Shown: positions 21,369-31,632 of the stretch, piece by piece | How the letters are laid out: each line of letters opens with the position of its first letter | Position numbering within the stretch: position 1 is the first letter of the stretch | Made by a program: the position numbers and the translations under genes | The notes under the pieces: generated by a model | The model's input: the letters and a program-made list of their open reading frames with translations, nothing else | Database searches by the model: none | What the model was told of the DNA's origin: nothing | Source of the DNA: Longimicrobiales bacterium | Lineage (GTDB): Bacteria > Gemmatimonadota > Gemmatimonadetes > Longimicrobiales > Gaopeijiaceae | Assembly: GCA_965218295.1 (NCBI GenBank) | Contig: CBDCKN010000015.1 | Span: forward strand, 448,001-512,000 | Direction of reading: 5' to 3' | DNA length: 64,000 nt

Positions 21369-21661
21369 TTGCCTTGAACTGCCCGTCGGACGAGCTTTCT
21401 CTTCCTCTGCAACTGACGGCGCGGAGTCCGCTAGAGGGTCCTTGAGGCAACAGTCTTCGGCCAGCTTGCTAGCCGGAACGCTGCTATGAGGGGGTATAGT
21501 GCGGCAGGCGGAGGCGGATCTGATCGGGTAAAACCGTCAATTGTTCAGCGAAGACACGCTGAATCTCGGGAGTACCCCTGCTCAGCGCTCTGCCTTGAGC
21601 CTTGCCATCGCCCTCTCGACGTCGGATAGTAAGTACAAGCACGCCAATCCCTAGCGAGTAC

Positions 21662-21770
21662 TGACCTGACCCCCTGAAACGAGACCAGGTGCAATGTTAG
21701 GATCGACCTGGCACTGGACAAGCTGATCGTGGAGGAAGCGGCCAAGGGAAACTTCTGAGCCCCGAGCTGC
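21662..21770 (+). mobile_element. Internally deleted IS3-family (IS407-like) left end
   Basis: TGACCTGACCCCCTGAAACGAGACCAGG nearly matches the end at 35531, followed by the orfA tail DKLIVEEAAKGNF*. Confidence 0.6.
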
Positions 21771-21964
21771 TGACGGCTAATGGGCGCGGCGTTTCAACGG
21801 ACCGGACCAGCGGCCTCCCGGTTTCGACGCTCGCTGGCCAGATAGGCCGACCGGTCGTCCATGAGTCGGCCAAAGTGGTATCGCTTCGGTCGTAACCGAT
21901 GGAGTGGCAGGCATCTCGAACCCGGATCAAGGACCAGTTGTTTGGGGTCAGCACCGGTCCATTC

Positions 21965-22796
21965 GGATGTGTTGCAACTTTCAAAAATCAGCAAGAGAGC
22001 GACTGGTTGGGTCGACCAGGCTCCGTCTTATGCGGCCACTTCGAACAGCTTGTTGATGAACTGAATCTGTTGCCGAACATCCGAACCGCTCACCCACCTC
22101 GCCTGACCCTTCCGGATCATGTGAATTGCCTCATAATCCTTGGATCGTTCGCCGTGCCGCGTGAAATTCACGAAAGCCCTGCTTGGCCTTCACGCGTCGT
22201 TTGATCGCTCGCTGATCCTGCTCCAGGATGTTGTTCAAGTATTGGATCGGCCGGTGACGGCAACGGTGTCGCAGGATTCCTTCCTGCTTCACTCCTGAAA
22301 TTGCCGCGCCATAGAGGCGTGCTTGGTCCGTATAGATAACCCGGGGCTGCCGATGCGACGGATTCGTCAGCGCCTGGCGGAACAGGCGTTTGGCCGTAAC
22401 GGCATCGCGCAACCTCGAGAGCACGAAGTCGGTCGTGGCGCCGGTGGAATCGATGGCTCGGTAGAGGTAGCACCAACGGCCCTTGACACGAACGTAGGTC
22501 TCATCGACCCGCCAGGACCTGTTGGTTGGCTTGAGATGACGGCGCAGCCGCGCCTCCAGTTCGGGACCGTAGCGCTGGACCCGGCGCCAGATTGTCGTGT
22601 GGTCCGCCTCCAGGCCGCGCTCGCTGAACAGCTCTTCGACATCGCGGAACGAGAGCGAGTACCGAAGGTACCAGCGCACGGCGCAAAGAATCGGCTCGGG
22701 CTCGGTTTGTCGCCACTTGAAGATCGCCGGTCGGATTGTCTTTTTCATGATCTCTTCAGGTTACCAGCCGCTGTCCGCCAAAGTTGCAACACAACC
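21965..22796 (-). mobile_element. IS6-family element (transposase 22131-22748, 3' frameshift)
   Basis: IRs GG(A/T)TGTGTTGCAACTTT. VRWYLRYSLS, WRVDETYVRV, YLNNILEQD. Confidence 0.9.
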
Positions 22797-23127
22797 CTTC
22801 GAAGTGCAGTTCCGACTCCGTCGTCTTGCTGCCCTCAACTAAATCCATCGCTTTCAAGCTTGTACCACAGATCGAAAGGAGTTAAGTGTCAGGTGAGGAA
22901 TCCGTGGGAAAAGCCCGCATTAGAACCGAGCAGTGCAACGATCCGGACGACCGCCCTTGACATCGGTCAGCCGGTGGGTCATTCCCCGTAATCAAAATTG
23001 CGCGCTATGCGGCCTATCAGGAGGAGCTAGGATCAAAGGGTGTGTAAAAAGAGAGGCGACGTACCTTTCCGCTGAGTAATAACCAGCGAACTCCGGGTGA
23101 CAGCCCGGGGGAAAGGAACGACGCCTC

Positions 23128-24373
23128 GTGAGGAAGAATACGGTGGGACCCGAGGGTGAGTCCAGGACGCCCGTGTGGGAAGTTCTGGAAGAAGTGGTTC
23201 GGGAGAAGGCGCAGGAGTTCATTCAACAGATCTTGGAGGAGGAAGTCACGGAGTTGCTAGGGCGAGAGAAGTCAGAGCGCAGGAAGGGTGGTGGACGCGA
23301 CCGAGGGCTACCGCAACGGATACGGCAAGCCGAGGCGGTTGGCGATGAGCTCGGGCACGATCACACTCCGACGCCCTCGGGTTCGGGGCGTCGAGGAGCG
23401 GTTCGAGAGTCGGGTGCTGCCGTTGTTCGCGAGGCGGACGAAGGAGCTGGGCGCTCTGCTTCCGGAGCTGTATCTGCACGGACTGGCAGAGGGAGACTTC
23501 GAGCTGGCGATGCGGGGACTGCTAGGCGAGGGGGCACCGCTGTCGAAGTCTTCGATTCGGAGACTGCGGGCGGGATGGACGGCGGAGTTCGAGGAATGGA
23601 GCCAGCGTCGCCTGGAGGGCCGTGAGGTCGTCTACGTATGGGCGGACGGGATCTACGTGAAGGCAGGGCTCGAGCGGGACAAGGCGGCGCTACTGGTGGT
23701 GCTGGGCGCGATGCGAGACGGGACGAAGGAGGTGTTGGCCCTGAGATCGGGCTACCGAGAGTCGGTCGAGTCCTGGTCGGAGGTGTTGCGGGATCTGAAG
23801 GCACGCGGCATCGAGGCGCCCCGGCTTTTGATGGCGGACGGCAACGCGGCGATCTGGGGCGCAGTACGGCAGGTATGGCCTGAGGCGGGCGAGCAACGGT
23901 GCTGGAACCACAAGATGAGGAACGTGCTGGACCGACTACCTCAGCGGGAGCAGGGCGAGGCGAAGGATCTTCTCCGGGCCGTGGTCTACGCACCGAGCCG
24001 GGCCGAGGCCCTGAAGGCCCGCGAGGTGTTCGCCCGACGCTATAGGCCGTGGTATCCGAAAGCAGTGGACGTACTCGAGGACGACTGGGAGCGGATGGTA
24101 GCGTTCTACGACTTCCCCGAGGACCACTGGAAGCATCTACGCACGACGAACGTGGTCGAGAGCCCGTTCGCCGCGGTACGGCTCAGGACGACAGCAGCGA
24201 AGCGGTTCAAGCGGGTCGAGAGCGCTACGGCGCTAATCTGGAAGTTGCTCTTGGTGGCTGAGAAGCGGTTCCGAAGGCTCGACGCTCCTCACCTCCTCAA
24301 GGACGTATTTGAAGGAAGAAAGTTCGAAGACGGAAAGCCCGTCTCACACCAACAGCGGAAGAACGCCGCCTAA
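23128..24373 (+). pseudogene. IS256 transposase with a +1 frameshift near 23285
   Basis: Matches the intact copy at 45535-46779 but has one extra A (AGGAAGGG vs AGGAGGG). Confidence 0.88.
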
Positions 24374-25254
24374 TACGTTTAGGGGATTATACGGTTAACT
24401 TGACGGCGTTCTGCTCGTTTTCTCGCCGGGGGGAGGCTGTTATGGGAGTTCTTCAGTGGCGCGTGTCTGCGCTCAGATTCCTTCGTCGTCTGACATGCCG
24501 ATGTAACTGCGGACAGCCTTGTCGAGTTCCCGCGCGATCCGGTAGGCCGCTGGGACGGAGACGTAGTAGGAAACGAAACCGGGGTCGCGATTTTCTTCGG
24601 GGTCATATCCAAAAGTCACACGAAGGATACCACTCCGGTTTCGTGTCTCTCCCGCCACCTCCACGCCTGTCAGATGAAGAACTCGCCGAGATGTTCGGGG
24701 ATCTGCCAACCCTTCTAAGGGATTCGAGTCAGGGTCGGGCACGGGGGGAAGATTTTGCATGACTAGATTTCGTCGGTGGGTTCGGTGCCTAGGTAGTCTT
24801 CTCTTACGTCCGCCGGAAGCGTCAGGAACAACGCAACCGATTCCCGACCCTCCCCCTCACAGACGGAAAGGGAAACTAAAACTGCATTCGCGTGGGGGTC
24901 CGTATGAATGGCCCACCCTGACACCCGAAATGGACGCTCGGATGATCGAGATGGGTAATCGGCTTCGTCGTAAATTGCTGGAGGATGTGCGGGGACCCGA
25001 GGCATGAGCTCAACCTACCCCGGATTGGCGCTTGCGACAATCTCTCGCCCGCCGTATCGTGCGGACGTCCACTATACGCAGGAACCTCAGGTCGGGTTAC
25101 CTGCTGAATACAACAGCCTGATGCTTGGCCGGGGTAGCTCCCCGCGCCTGGGGCAAATAGGCAGGGCTTCCGCATTTTTCCTGCGTGATAGTGGACAACG
25201 GCCCGGCGCCACGTCCGGGTCCCACGTCCACAGTCACGGCGGGAGGCCCCAGTC

Positions 25255-25689
25255 ATGATCCGCTTCGTTTTGATCCTTGCCCTGTTCGCCCCTTTGTTCC
25301 CCTTGCCCCTAAGCGCCCAGACACGCGCGGCGGAAGCCCTGACGAACATTCACGGCGGCGGGAACCGTACGGAGACCCGCCAGCGTTTCGAGTACGTCCT
25401 GCCACGGCTGGCACGAACGTGCTCGGACACCGAGACCGTGATGAACGTCGCCGATGGCTTGGTGTACATGAACGAGCTGATCCAGGAGGCCGGGCTCGGC
25501 ACGGAGGAGGGGGGTTTGCTCGGCTCCACGAACGCGGTCTACAGCCTGACGATGCAGGTTGGGTTGGGAGCTGAGGACGCCGTGACGTGTTCCAAACTTT
25601 GGTCCATGTACGTCACGCTCCGTCAGGGTGGCTTCGCCAAAGAGAAATCGATCAGCGACCTCCTGGCGATCGTAGAGCTCTTCCGCTGA
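25255..25689 (+). CDS. Hypothetical exported protein (IS1595 passenger)
   Basis: GGGAGG RBS, signal peptide MIRFVLILALFAPLFPLPLSA, 144 aa. Confidence 0.65.
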   Translation: MIRFVLILALFAPLFPLPLSAQTRAAEALTNIHGGGNRTETRQRFEYVLPRLARTCSDTETVMNVADGLVYMNELIQEAGLGTEEGGLLGSTNAVYSLTMQVGLGAEDAVTCSKLWSMYVTLRQGGFAKEKSISDLLAIVELFR

Positions 25690-25752
25690 TCCTTGACACG
25701 TGCAGCAATGCCTGGGTATGCTTGGGCAGGTCTTAAAATCGGGAGTGCACGA

Positions 25753-25914
25753 ATGACCGAGAAGCGGCGGGACAAGGTCGAAGTGCCGGACGTGCGGGCC
25801 GTGAATCCGCGCTACAAGGGCGCCAAGTTGAGCGACGTGGTGCGGGCGCTCATGCGCCCGAAGGACCCCAAGGTCCGGGAAGCTCTGGAACAGAGAGAAA
25901 AGAACACGAAATAG
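25753..25914 (+). CDS. Small basic hypothetical protein (IS1595 passenger)
   Basis: TTGACA-N18-TATGCT at 25693-25722, GGGAG RBS, 53 aa. Confidence 0.5.
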   Translation: MTEKRRDKVEVPDVRAVNPRYKGAKLSDVVRALMRPKDPKVREALEQREKNTK

Positions 25915-25929
25915 GGGGGGAGGGGGGAG

Positions 25930-26002
25930 AGGCGCCGCCCAGAATCGAACCGGGACTTCACGCTTTGGCAGGGCGCGTGGCTTACCATTTGCCTACGGCG
26001 CC
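25930..26002 (-). tRNA. tRNA-like gene with a Cys-type body, aberrant 9-nt anticodon loop and no encoded CCA
   Basis: GGCGCCG/CGGCGCC acceptor stem plus U73. D-arm GGC-AAATGGTAA-GCC, anticodon arm CGCGC-CCTGCCAAA-GCGTG, T-arm CCCGG-TTCGATT-CTGGG. Confidence 0.8.
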
Positions 26003-26189
26003 TGTTTCCTCCCCCTTCCTACCCTATAGAGGTTGGAGGCAACCCCCCCCCGCTATGTCAATAGCGGATGGTCTGACTGGACCACACAAAATAAGTGCCC
26101 AGAACGGTTACCCCCCGCTCTGGGCACTCTCGCATTAGTGTAGCTGCGCGTTTCCGTAGGGTCAATCGTCGGGCCGAAGCCCGGCCCGG

Positions 26190-27128
26190 TCAATCCGCTA
26201 TCAGATCCTTGTACATGAGCCGACGCCCGACCAGCCCGGCGACCACGTGCTCCATTTGCTCCAGCGTGTCTAGTTCCCGGATGTTGTGGCGACCGGCGAA
26301 CTCGGCCACGTACCGATTGAGGTGCTTGGCCGATAGCTTGTGGTAGACGCCCTTGTGGGCGCGCTTGAGCATCGACCAGAAAGACTCGACCCCGTTCGTG
26401 TGGGCGATGTTCCGGACCCATTCCCCGACGCCATGCTGGACGCTCTCGCGGTTCGGTAGGCCATAGTAGGCGCCGCCCTCGTCCGTGTATATCTTGGCCC
26501 CGGGCTTCGAGTGTTCCGCGACGAATCCCTGAACGGTCTCGCGCCGTGAGTCGGGGAGAACCCGGGCAGCAACCTTGCCGGTCGGGCGGTCCTTCATTCC
26601 GACGACAGCCGTCTTGCCAGCGGGACCGCGTCCGACCCTGAGCTTCTTCAAGGCGTGCTTGTTCTTCTCCAGCCCGCCCATGTAGGTTTCGTCGACCTCG
26701 ACCGGGCCATCGAACGTGGCCGAAACATCGGCGAACGCTTCCCGGATGCGGTGGAGCATGAACCACGCAGTCGGCTGGCGGACATCAAGGTCGCGGCCGA
26801 GCTTCATGCTGGAAACGCCTTTGAGGTTCGTCATTTCCAGGTAGATCGCCCAGCCCCATTTCCGGAGCGGCAGCTTGCTATCCTCCATCGCCGTGCCGGT
26901 CTTGAGCGAGAAGTACTGGCGGCAATCGCGGCACCGGTAAGGCATCGGCTTCCCGGTCCCCACGCGGTAGGCGTTCAGGCTCCCGCACTTCATGCAGGCG
27001 ATCTCGCCCCCCGGCCAAAGCCAGGACTCGAACCAACGGGTCGCGCTTGCCTCGGCCGAGAACATATCGGCGATCTCCATCATGGAAACCCCGCTGCGGT
27101 AGTGCTTTCCAGGTCCGCTCTGGGCCAT
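26190..27128 (-). CDS. IS1595-family transposase
   Basis: N-terminal Zn ribbon (CMKC..CRDC), VEVDETY, YTDE, HTNGVESFWSMLKR, EFAGRHN. Confidence 0.95.
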   Translation of the reverse strand: MAQSGPGKHYRSGVSMMEIADMFSAEASATRWFESWLWPGGEIACMKCGSLNAYRVGTGKPMPYRCRDCRQYFSLKTGTAMEDSKLPLRKWGWAIYLEMTNLKGVSSMKLGRDLDVRQPTAWFMLHRIREAFADVSATFDGPVEVDETYMGGLEKNKHALKKLRVGRGPAGKTAVVGMKDRPTGKVAARVLPDSRRETVQGFVAEHSKPGAKIYTDEGGAYYGLPNRESVQHGVGEWVRNIAHTNGVESFWSMLKRAHKGVYHKLSAKHLNRYVAEFAGRHNIRELDTLEQMEHVVAGLVGRRLMYKDLIAD

Positions 27129-27256
27129 GCTATCCTCCTATCGTGTAACGTGTTACCGTACTAGGAAGATAGTCTATCGTCAGGACCCCGTCAAGTCACG
27201 CGTATAATCCCCTACGTTTACACACCTATTGACCCAACCTCATCAGGAGAAGCACG

Positions 27257-28195
27257 ATGCAAGTCATCTTGGCACAACCGCGCGGTTTTTGCGCCGGTGT
27301 CGAGCGCGCCATCGAAATCGTCGAAACGGCCCTGCATCAATACGGCCCCCCGGTTTACGTGCGCCACGAAATCGTCCATAACCGGCGCGTCGTGGAGGAT
27401 CTGAAGGCGAAGGGCGTGCGTTTCGTCGACCAAGTCGAGCAGATTCCCAGCGGGGCCCTCACGGTATTCAGTGCCCACGGCGTGTCGGCAAAGGTCGAGC
27501 AGGACGCATCGGTGCGCTGCCTGCGGACGCTGGATGCTACTTGCCCGCTGGTCTCCAAGGTACACATCGAGGGGCGCCGCTACGCCGCCAAGGGCTACAC
27601 CATCATTCTGATCGGTCATGAAAACCATCCGGAGGTCGAGGGCACCGTGGGTCAGATCCCGGGGCGGGTACTGCTGGTGGGCGACGTGGCCGATGTGGAA
27701 ATGCTCCAGGTCCGCGACCCCGACAGAGTTGCCTATATCACACAGACGACTCTGTCGGTCGACGACACCCGGGACGTGATCTCAGCCCTGCGCAATCGAT
27801 TCCCCAAGATTGTCGGCCCGGGGGTCAAGGACATTTGCTACGCGACCCAGAACCGTCAGGCCGCCGTAAGAACGCTCGCCTCCTTCGTGGACCTGGTGTT
27901 CGTGGTCGGTGCCCAGAACAGCTCCAATTCAAACCGCTTGTGCGAGGTCAGTAACGACAGCGGCGTGCCGAGCTATCTGATCGAGGATCCGTCGGCGCTC
28001 GATCCGGTTTGGCTCCACGGCAAGAAGAGCGTCGGCATTACCGCCGGTGCCTCGACCCCCGAGGAACTGGTGCAGGACCTCATCGCGAAGATGCGGGAAT
28101 ACGTTGACGTCGAACTCTCGACGATGGATGGCATCGTCGAGAACGTTCGCTTCAGCCTGCTTCCAAAACTGAGCCAAGCCGCCGTTGCCCAATAG
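27257..28195 (+). CDS. ispH: 4-hydroxy-3-methylbut-2-enyl diphosphate reductase
   Basis: [55 protein letters not shown]. Confidence 0.97.
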   Translation: MQVILAQPRGFCAGVERAIEIVETALHQYGPPVYVRHEIVHNRRVVEDLKAKGVRFVDQVEQIPSGALTVFSAHGVSAKVEQDASVRCLRTLDATCPLVSKVHIEGRRYAAKGYTIILIGHENHPEVEGTVGQIPGRVLLVGDVADVEMLQVRDPDRVAYITQTTLSVDDTRDVISALRNRFPKIVGPGVKDICYATQNRQAAVRTLASFVDLVFVVGAQNSSNSNRLCEVSNDSGVPSYLIEDPSALDPVWLHGKKSVGITAGASTPEELVQDLIAKMREYVDVELSTMDGIVENVRFSLLPKLSQAAVAQ

Positions 28196-28237
28196 CGGGA
28201 AGGTGTCACACTGATTGCCACGACACCCGCGGCCGAG

Positions 28238-28457
28238 GAGATTGGGTCAATAGGTGTGTAAACGTATTAGGCGGCGTTCTTCCGCTGTTGGTGTGAGACG
28301 GGCTTTCCGTCTTCGAACTTTCTTCCTTCAAATACGTCCTTGAGGAGGTGAGGAGCGTCGAGCCTTCGGAACCGCTTCTCAGCCACCAAGAGCAACTTCC
28401 AGATTAGCGCCGTAGCGCTCTCGACCCGCTTTTTTACACACCCTTTGATCCTAGCTC
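28238..28457 (-). mobile_element. 220-bp internally deleted IS256 derivative (MITE-like)
   Basis: Both IRs present. 8-bp TSD CGGCCGAG. Only the transposase 3' end is retained. Confidence 0.92.
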
Positions 28458-28684
28458 CGGCCGAGATCTCGATACACTGGACCGCGACGGCAGGCGGTCA
28501 AAGAGTACCGGCCCACCGGCCTGGTAGCGCGTAGATGCTTGCGCACTTGAGCCGGAGCATGCGGATAGCGGCGCGGTCCCCGCCGAGACAGAAAGCGTTC
28601 GGCTTGACAGGGACCCTCAACCAGTCCACATACATGCCCACTGGCCACACACACCAAGCCACCAGGGGCGGCGTGTGGGAGTCT

Positions 28685-28872
28685 TAACACTGACGGGCAT
28701 GGTTCTGTTATCATCCGCGGATGGAACTCGCCAAAGCTACCGCGCTTTCGCACCTGACCCGCGACGCTCTCCGCCGAATCTTCTTCGACAAGCTTGACGT
28801 GGTCTTCCTCGGATTCATCCTCTTCGCACTCATCCTCGGAGGCCGCCGTCATGCCAGGGCCTGTTACCGCTA
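28685..28872 (+). pseudogene. IS5-family remnant
   Basis: Reads [17 protein letters not shown], typical of an IS5-family transposase C-terminus. Confidence 0.45.
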
Positions 28873-29904
28873 ATGTGCTCCGATGGGATATCAGACAGCG
28901 ATCTCGCCTACCAGGCAGAACTCCTGCAGCGCGTATCCCGCACCTTCGCTCTCACGATTCCACAGCTTCCAACCGGGCTCCGCGATGTGGTGGAAAACGC
29001 CTACCTCCTGTGCCGGATTACCGACACGATCGAAGACGAGCCCGCGCTGTCCGCCAGGCAGAAGCGGGTGTTCTGGGAACGGTTCATCGACATTGTCGCT
29101 GGTCGGGACACCGTGGAGCCGTTCGCGCGCGAGCTCGGTGCCGGGCTGTCGTCGTCGACCCCCACTAGTGAACATGACCTGATCGCCAACACTGCCCGCG
29201 TAATCCGCCTCACACGCGGGTTTGAGCCCGCGCAACGCGAGGCGCTCGCACGCTGCGTGCAAATCATGGCCCGAGGCATGGCGGACTTTCAGTTGCAGGC
29301 AACTCCTGTTGTCGGCCTAGCCGACCTAGCTCACCTCGACCGCTACTGCTACTACGTCGCTGGCGTGGTAGGCGAGATGCTTACCGAGCTGTTCTGCGAT
29401 TATTCCGCGGAAATCAACGCGCATCGGGAGGAGTTGCTCAGGTTATCCGTGTCGTTCGGCCAAGGGCTGCAGATGACCAACATCCTCAAGGATGTATGGG
29501 ACGACTGGCAGCGCGGGGCGTGCTGGTTGCCGCGGGACGTCTTCCTGGATGCCGGTTTCGACCTGCGCTCCCTGTCAGCGAACCGGAACGATCCGCGCTT
29601 CGCTAATGGACTTTTCACCCTGGTGGGCATCGCCCACGGTCACCTGGCAAATGCGCTGCGCTACATCCATATCATCCCGGCCCACGAAACCGGCATCCGC
29701 CGACACTGCCTGTGGGCGTTGGGCATGGCCGTGCTAACGCTACGCCGCATTCACGCGACGCCGGCGTTCCAAAGTGGCCGGCAGGTCAAGATCTCGCGGC
29801 GCAGCGTGCGGACAGTCACCGTCGTCACCAGCAGCCTGGTCCGCTCGAACCTGGCGCTAACGCTGCTGTTCAGGGCACTCACTCGCGGACTGCCACGTGG
29901 GTGA
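28873..29904 (+). CDS. Squalene/phytoene synthase family protein (start uncertain)
   Basis: [39 protein letters not shown]. Confidence 0.9.
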   Translation: MCSDGISDSDLAYQAELLQRVSRTFALTIPQLPTGLRDVVENAYLLCRITDTIEDEPALSARQKRVFWERFIDIVAGRDTVEPFARELGAGLSSSTPTSEHDLIANTARVIRLTRGFEPAQREALARCVQIMARGMADFQLQATPVVGLADLAHLDRYCYYVAGVVGEMLTELFCDYSAEINAHREELLRLSVSFGQGLQMTNILKDVWDDWQRGACWLPRDVFLDAGFDLRSLSANRNDPRFANGLFTLVGIAHGHLANALRYIHIIPAHETGIRRHCLWALGMAVLTLRRIHATPAFQSGRQVKISRRSVRTVTVVTSSLVRSNLALTLLFRALTRGLPRG

Positions 29905-29929
29905 TTCAGACGCGCGGTTATGTTTCACG

Positions 29930-30755
29930 GGTTCTGGTGCAGACAGCCAACGGGGATTGGCGATAATGAGATATGGCGCATCGCAAAACTGAAAGGAATC
30001 CTCTATTTGCCGGACGTTGGTTCGAAGACGACATCATTCTCCTCTGCCTTCGCTGGTATTTTCGCTTCAAACTGAGTTACCGGGACCTGGTCGCGATCTT
30101 AGGTGAGCGGGGTTTATCGATTTCGCACACCACGATCTTGCGTTGGGTCATTCGCTATGCCGAAATCTGCGAAAAGCGGTGGAGCCGATTCGAGCGGCCG
30201 GTGGGTGGAAGTTGGCGAGTTGATGAAACGTTCATCAAGGTGCGAGGCCAGGTGATGTACCTGTATCGAGCCGTGGATGGACAAGGCAACACCGTAGAGT
30301 TCTTTCTCAGTCGAACACGCGGCATTGCGGCGGCGAAGGCCTTCTTTCGCAAGGCACTGAAGCATCATCGGGAGCCACACAGCATCACCCTGGATGGCCA
30401 CCAGCCGAGCCATAGCGCCCTGCGACGCATGGGGATGAACGGGGAGTTCAACTTCCGGGGCCCGAACCCGATGAGGATTCGTTGCTGTCAATACCTGAAC
30501 AACCTTGTGGAGCAGGACCCGCCGGGTGAAGGGGCGATTGCAACCGATGTTGGGATTCAAGACATTCTACAATGCGCGACGCGTCATTATCGGCATTGAG
30601 CTGGCGCAGAAGATTCACAAACGCCAGTTCGCAATTCCGATCCCATGGCAATCGAATCCCGCGGTGATCTGGCGTCACGTCATGGCAGCATAGGCCGCAT
30701 CGCCGCGGTGCACTCCTGGTCTTATCGTCCCGATAATCCTATCGGCACCAGAACC
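29930..30755 (+). mobile_element. Second IS6-family element (transposase 29973-30693, frameshifted)
   Basis: IRs GGTTCTGGTGC. RWYFRFKLSYRD, WRVDETFIKV, YLNNLVEQD. Confidence 0.88.
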
Positions 30756-30763
30756 CTCTGGAG

Positions 30764-30825
30764 GGATGTGTTGCAACTTTTAAAAATCAGCAAGAGAGCG
30801 ACTGGTTGGGTCGACCAGGCTCCGC
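30764..30825. repeat. Solo end of the first IS6 element
   Basis: Near-identical to 21965-22025. Confidence 0.85.
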
Positions 30826-30954
30826 CTTCCGCAGCCGGTTGATGACCTGTGCGGGACTCAGCCTCTTTCGTGCGGCCATTGTGCCCTCCCTCTCCATGTC
30901 TCGACCCGTCCGGATCCTAAACTGGACTCGGTCTCGTTTCTAGGGGGCAGTTCA

Positions 30955-31576
30955 GTCTTCGCTCGCGATCGGGCGAGACCGAGCCTATATGTACCAGTTC
31001 GTCCACCGTGGCACGCCTCGCGTCCTCGCCGAGCACGACCGCGAAGCCTTGGCGGAGCATCTGCGCTGCAGACCCGAAGAGCTGAAACACGACGTAATTC
31101 CGCCTCGAAGGGTGCCTTCACGGGGACGGAAGACCGGCCGATGGGCCGCGCCGAAGGGCTTCGTCGCAGTGGCCGAGATCGACGCCCGTACGGCGGCGGG
31201 TCCGGGGGGCTGGAAGAAAGAGCCAGAGGAAACCAAGGAGCCGTGGCTTCTCCCCGATCCCCTCATTCGGCATGAGCTTCGGGCGAAGCCTGAAGATCTG
31301 CGGATGATCACCGTAGACGGGGACGCGATGGAGCCGCTCCTTTCGAGCGGCGATCGCGTCCTGATCGACGCGACCCAGCAGGTCCCGATCCCGCCGGGCA
31401 CCTTCGTGGTCTGGGACGTGATGGGGCTGGTCGCCAGGCGGATCGAGCATGTGCGCCACTCCGAGCCGCCGAGGGTGATGATCATGTCGGTCAACCCGGA
31501 GTACGCCAGCCACGAGCGCCTCGCCGACGAGATCCGCGTCGTCGGCCGAGCCGTCTGGGCCGGACGCCGGCTGTGA
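30955..31576 (+). pseudogene. CI/LexA-like repressor with S24 peptidase domain, 5'-truncated by an IS3-type end
   Basis: VDGDAMEP..SGDRVLID, SVNPEY, VVGRAVW. IS end finishes at 30954. Confidence 0.75.
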
Positions 31577-31632
31577 GACGCCTACGGTAGGCGGGAAACC
31601 AGTGCTTTCGCGGATAGTCGGGCACGTCATCG

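Larger units (their letters stand above)
24382..27212 (-). mobile_element. IS1595-family (ISNwi1-like ends) transporter IS with passengers
   Basis: IRs GGGGATTATACG....ACTTGACGG. 8-bp TSD TACGTTTA at 24374-24381 and 27213-27220. Confidence 0.92.
23024..27241 (+). mobile_element. IS256-family element, copy 1, with IS1595 nested at its right end
   Basis: IRL GAGCTAGGATCAAAGGGTGTGTAAA and IRR ending at 27241. 8-bp TSD ATCAGGAG on both sides. Confidence 0.93.

Noticed and set aside
25930..26002. tRNA as the att site of the island
   Set aside because: It lies inside an IS bounded by TSDs, and I saw no duplicate of its 3' end near any integrase.
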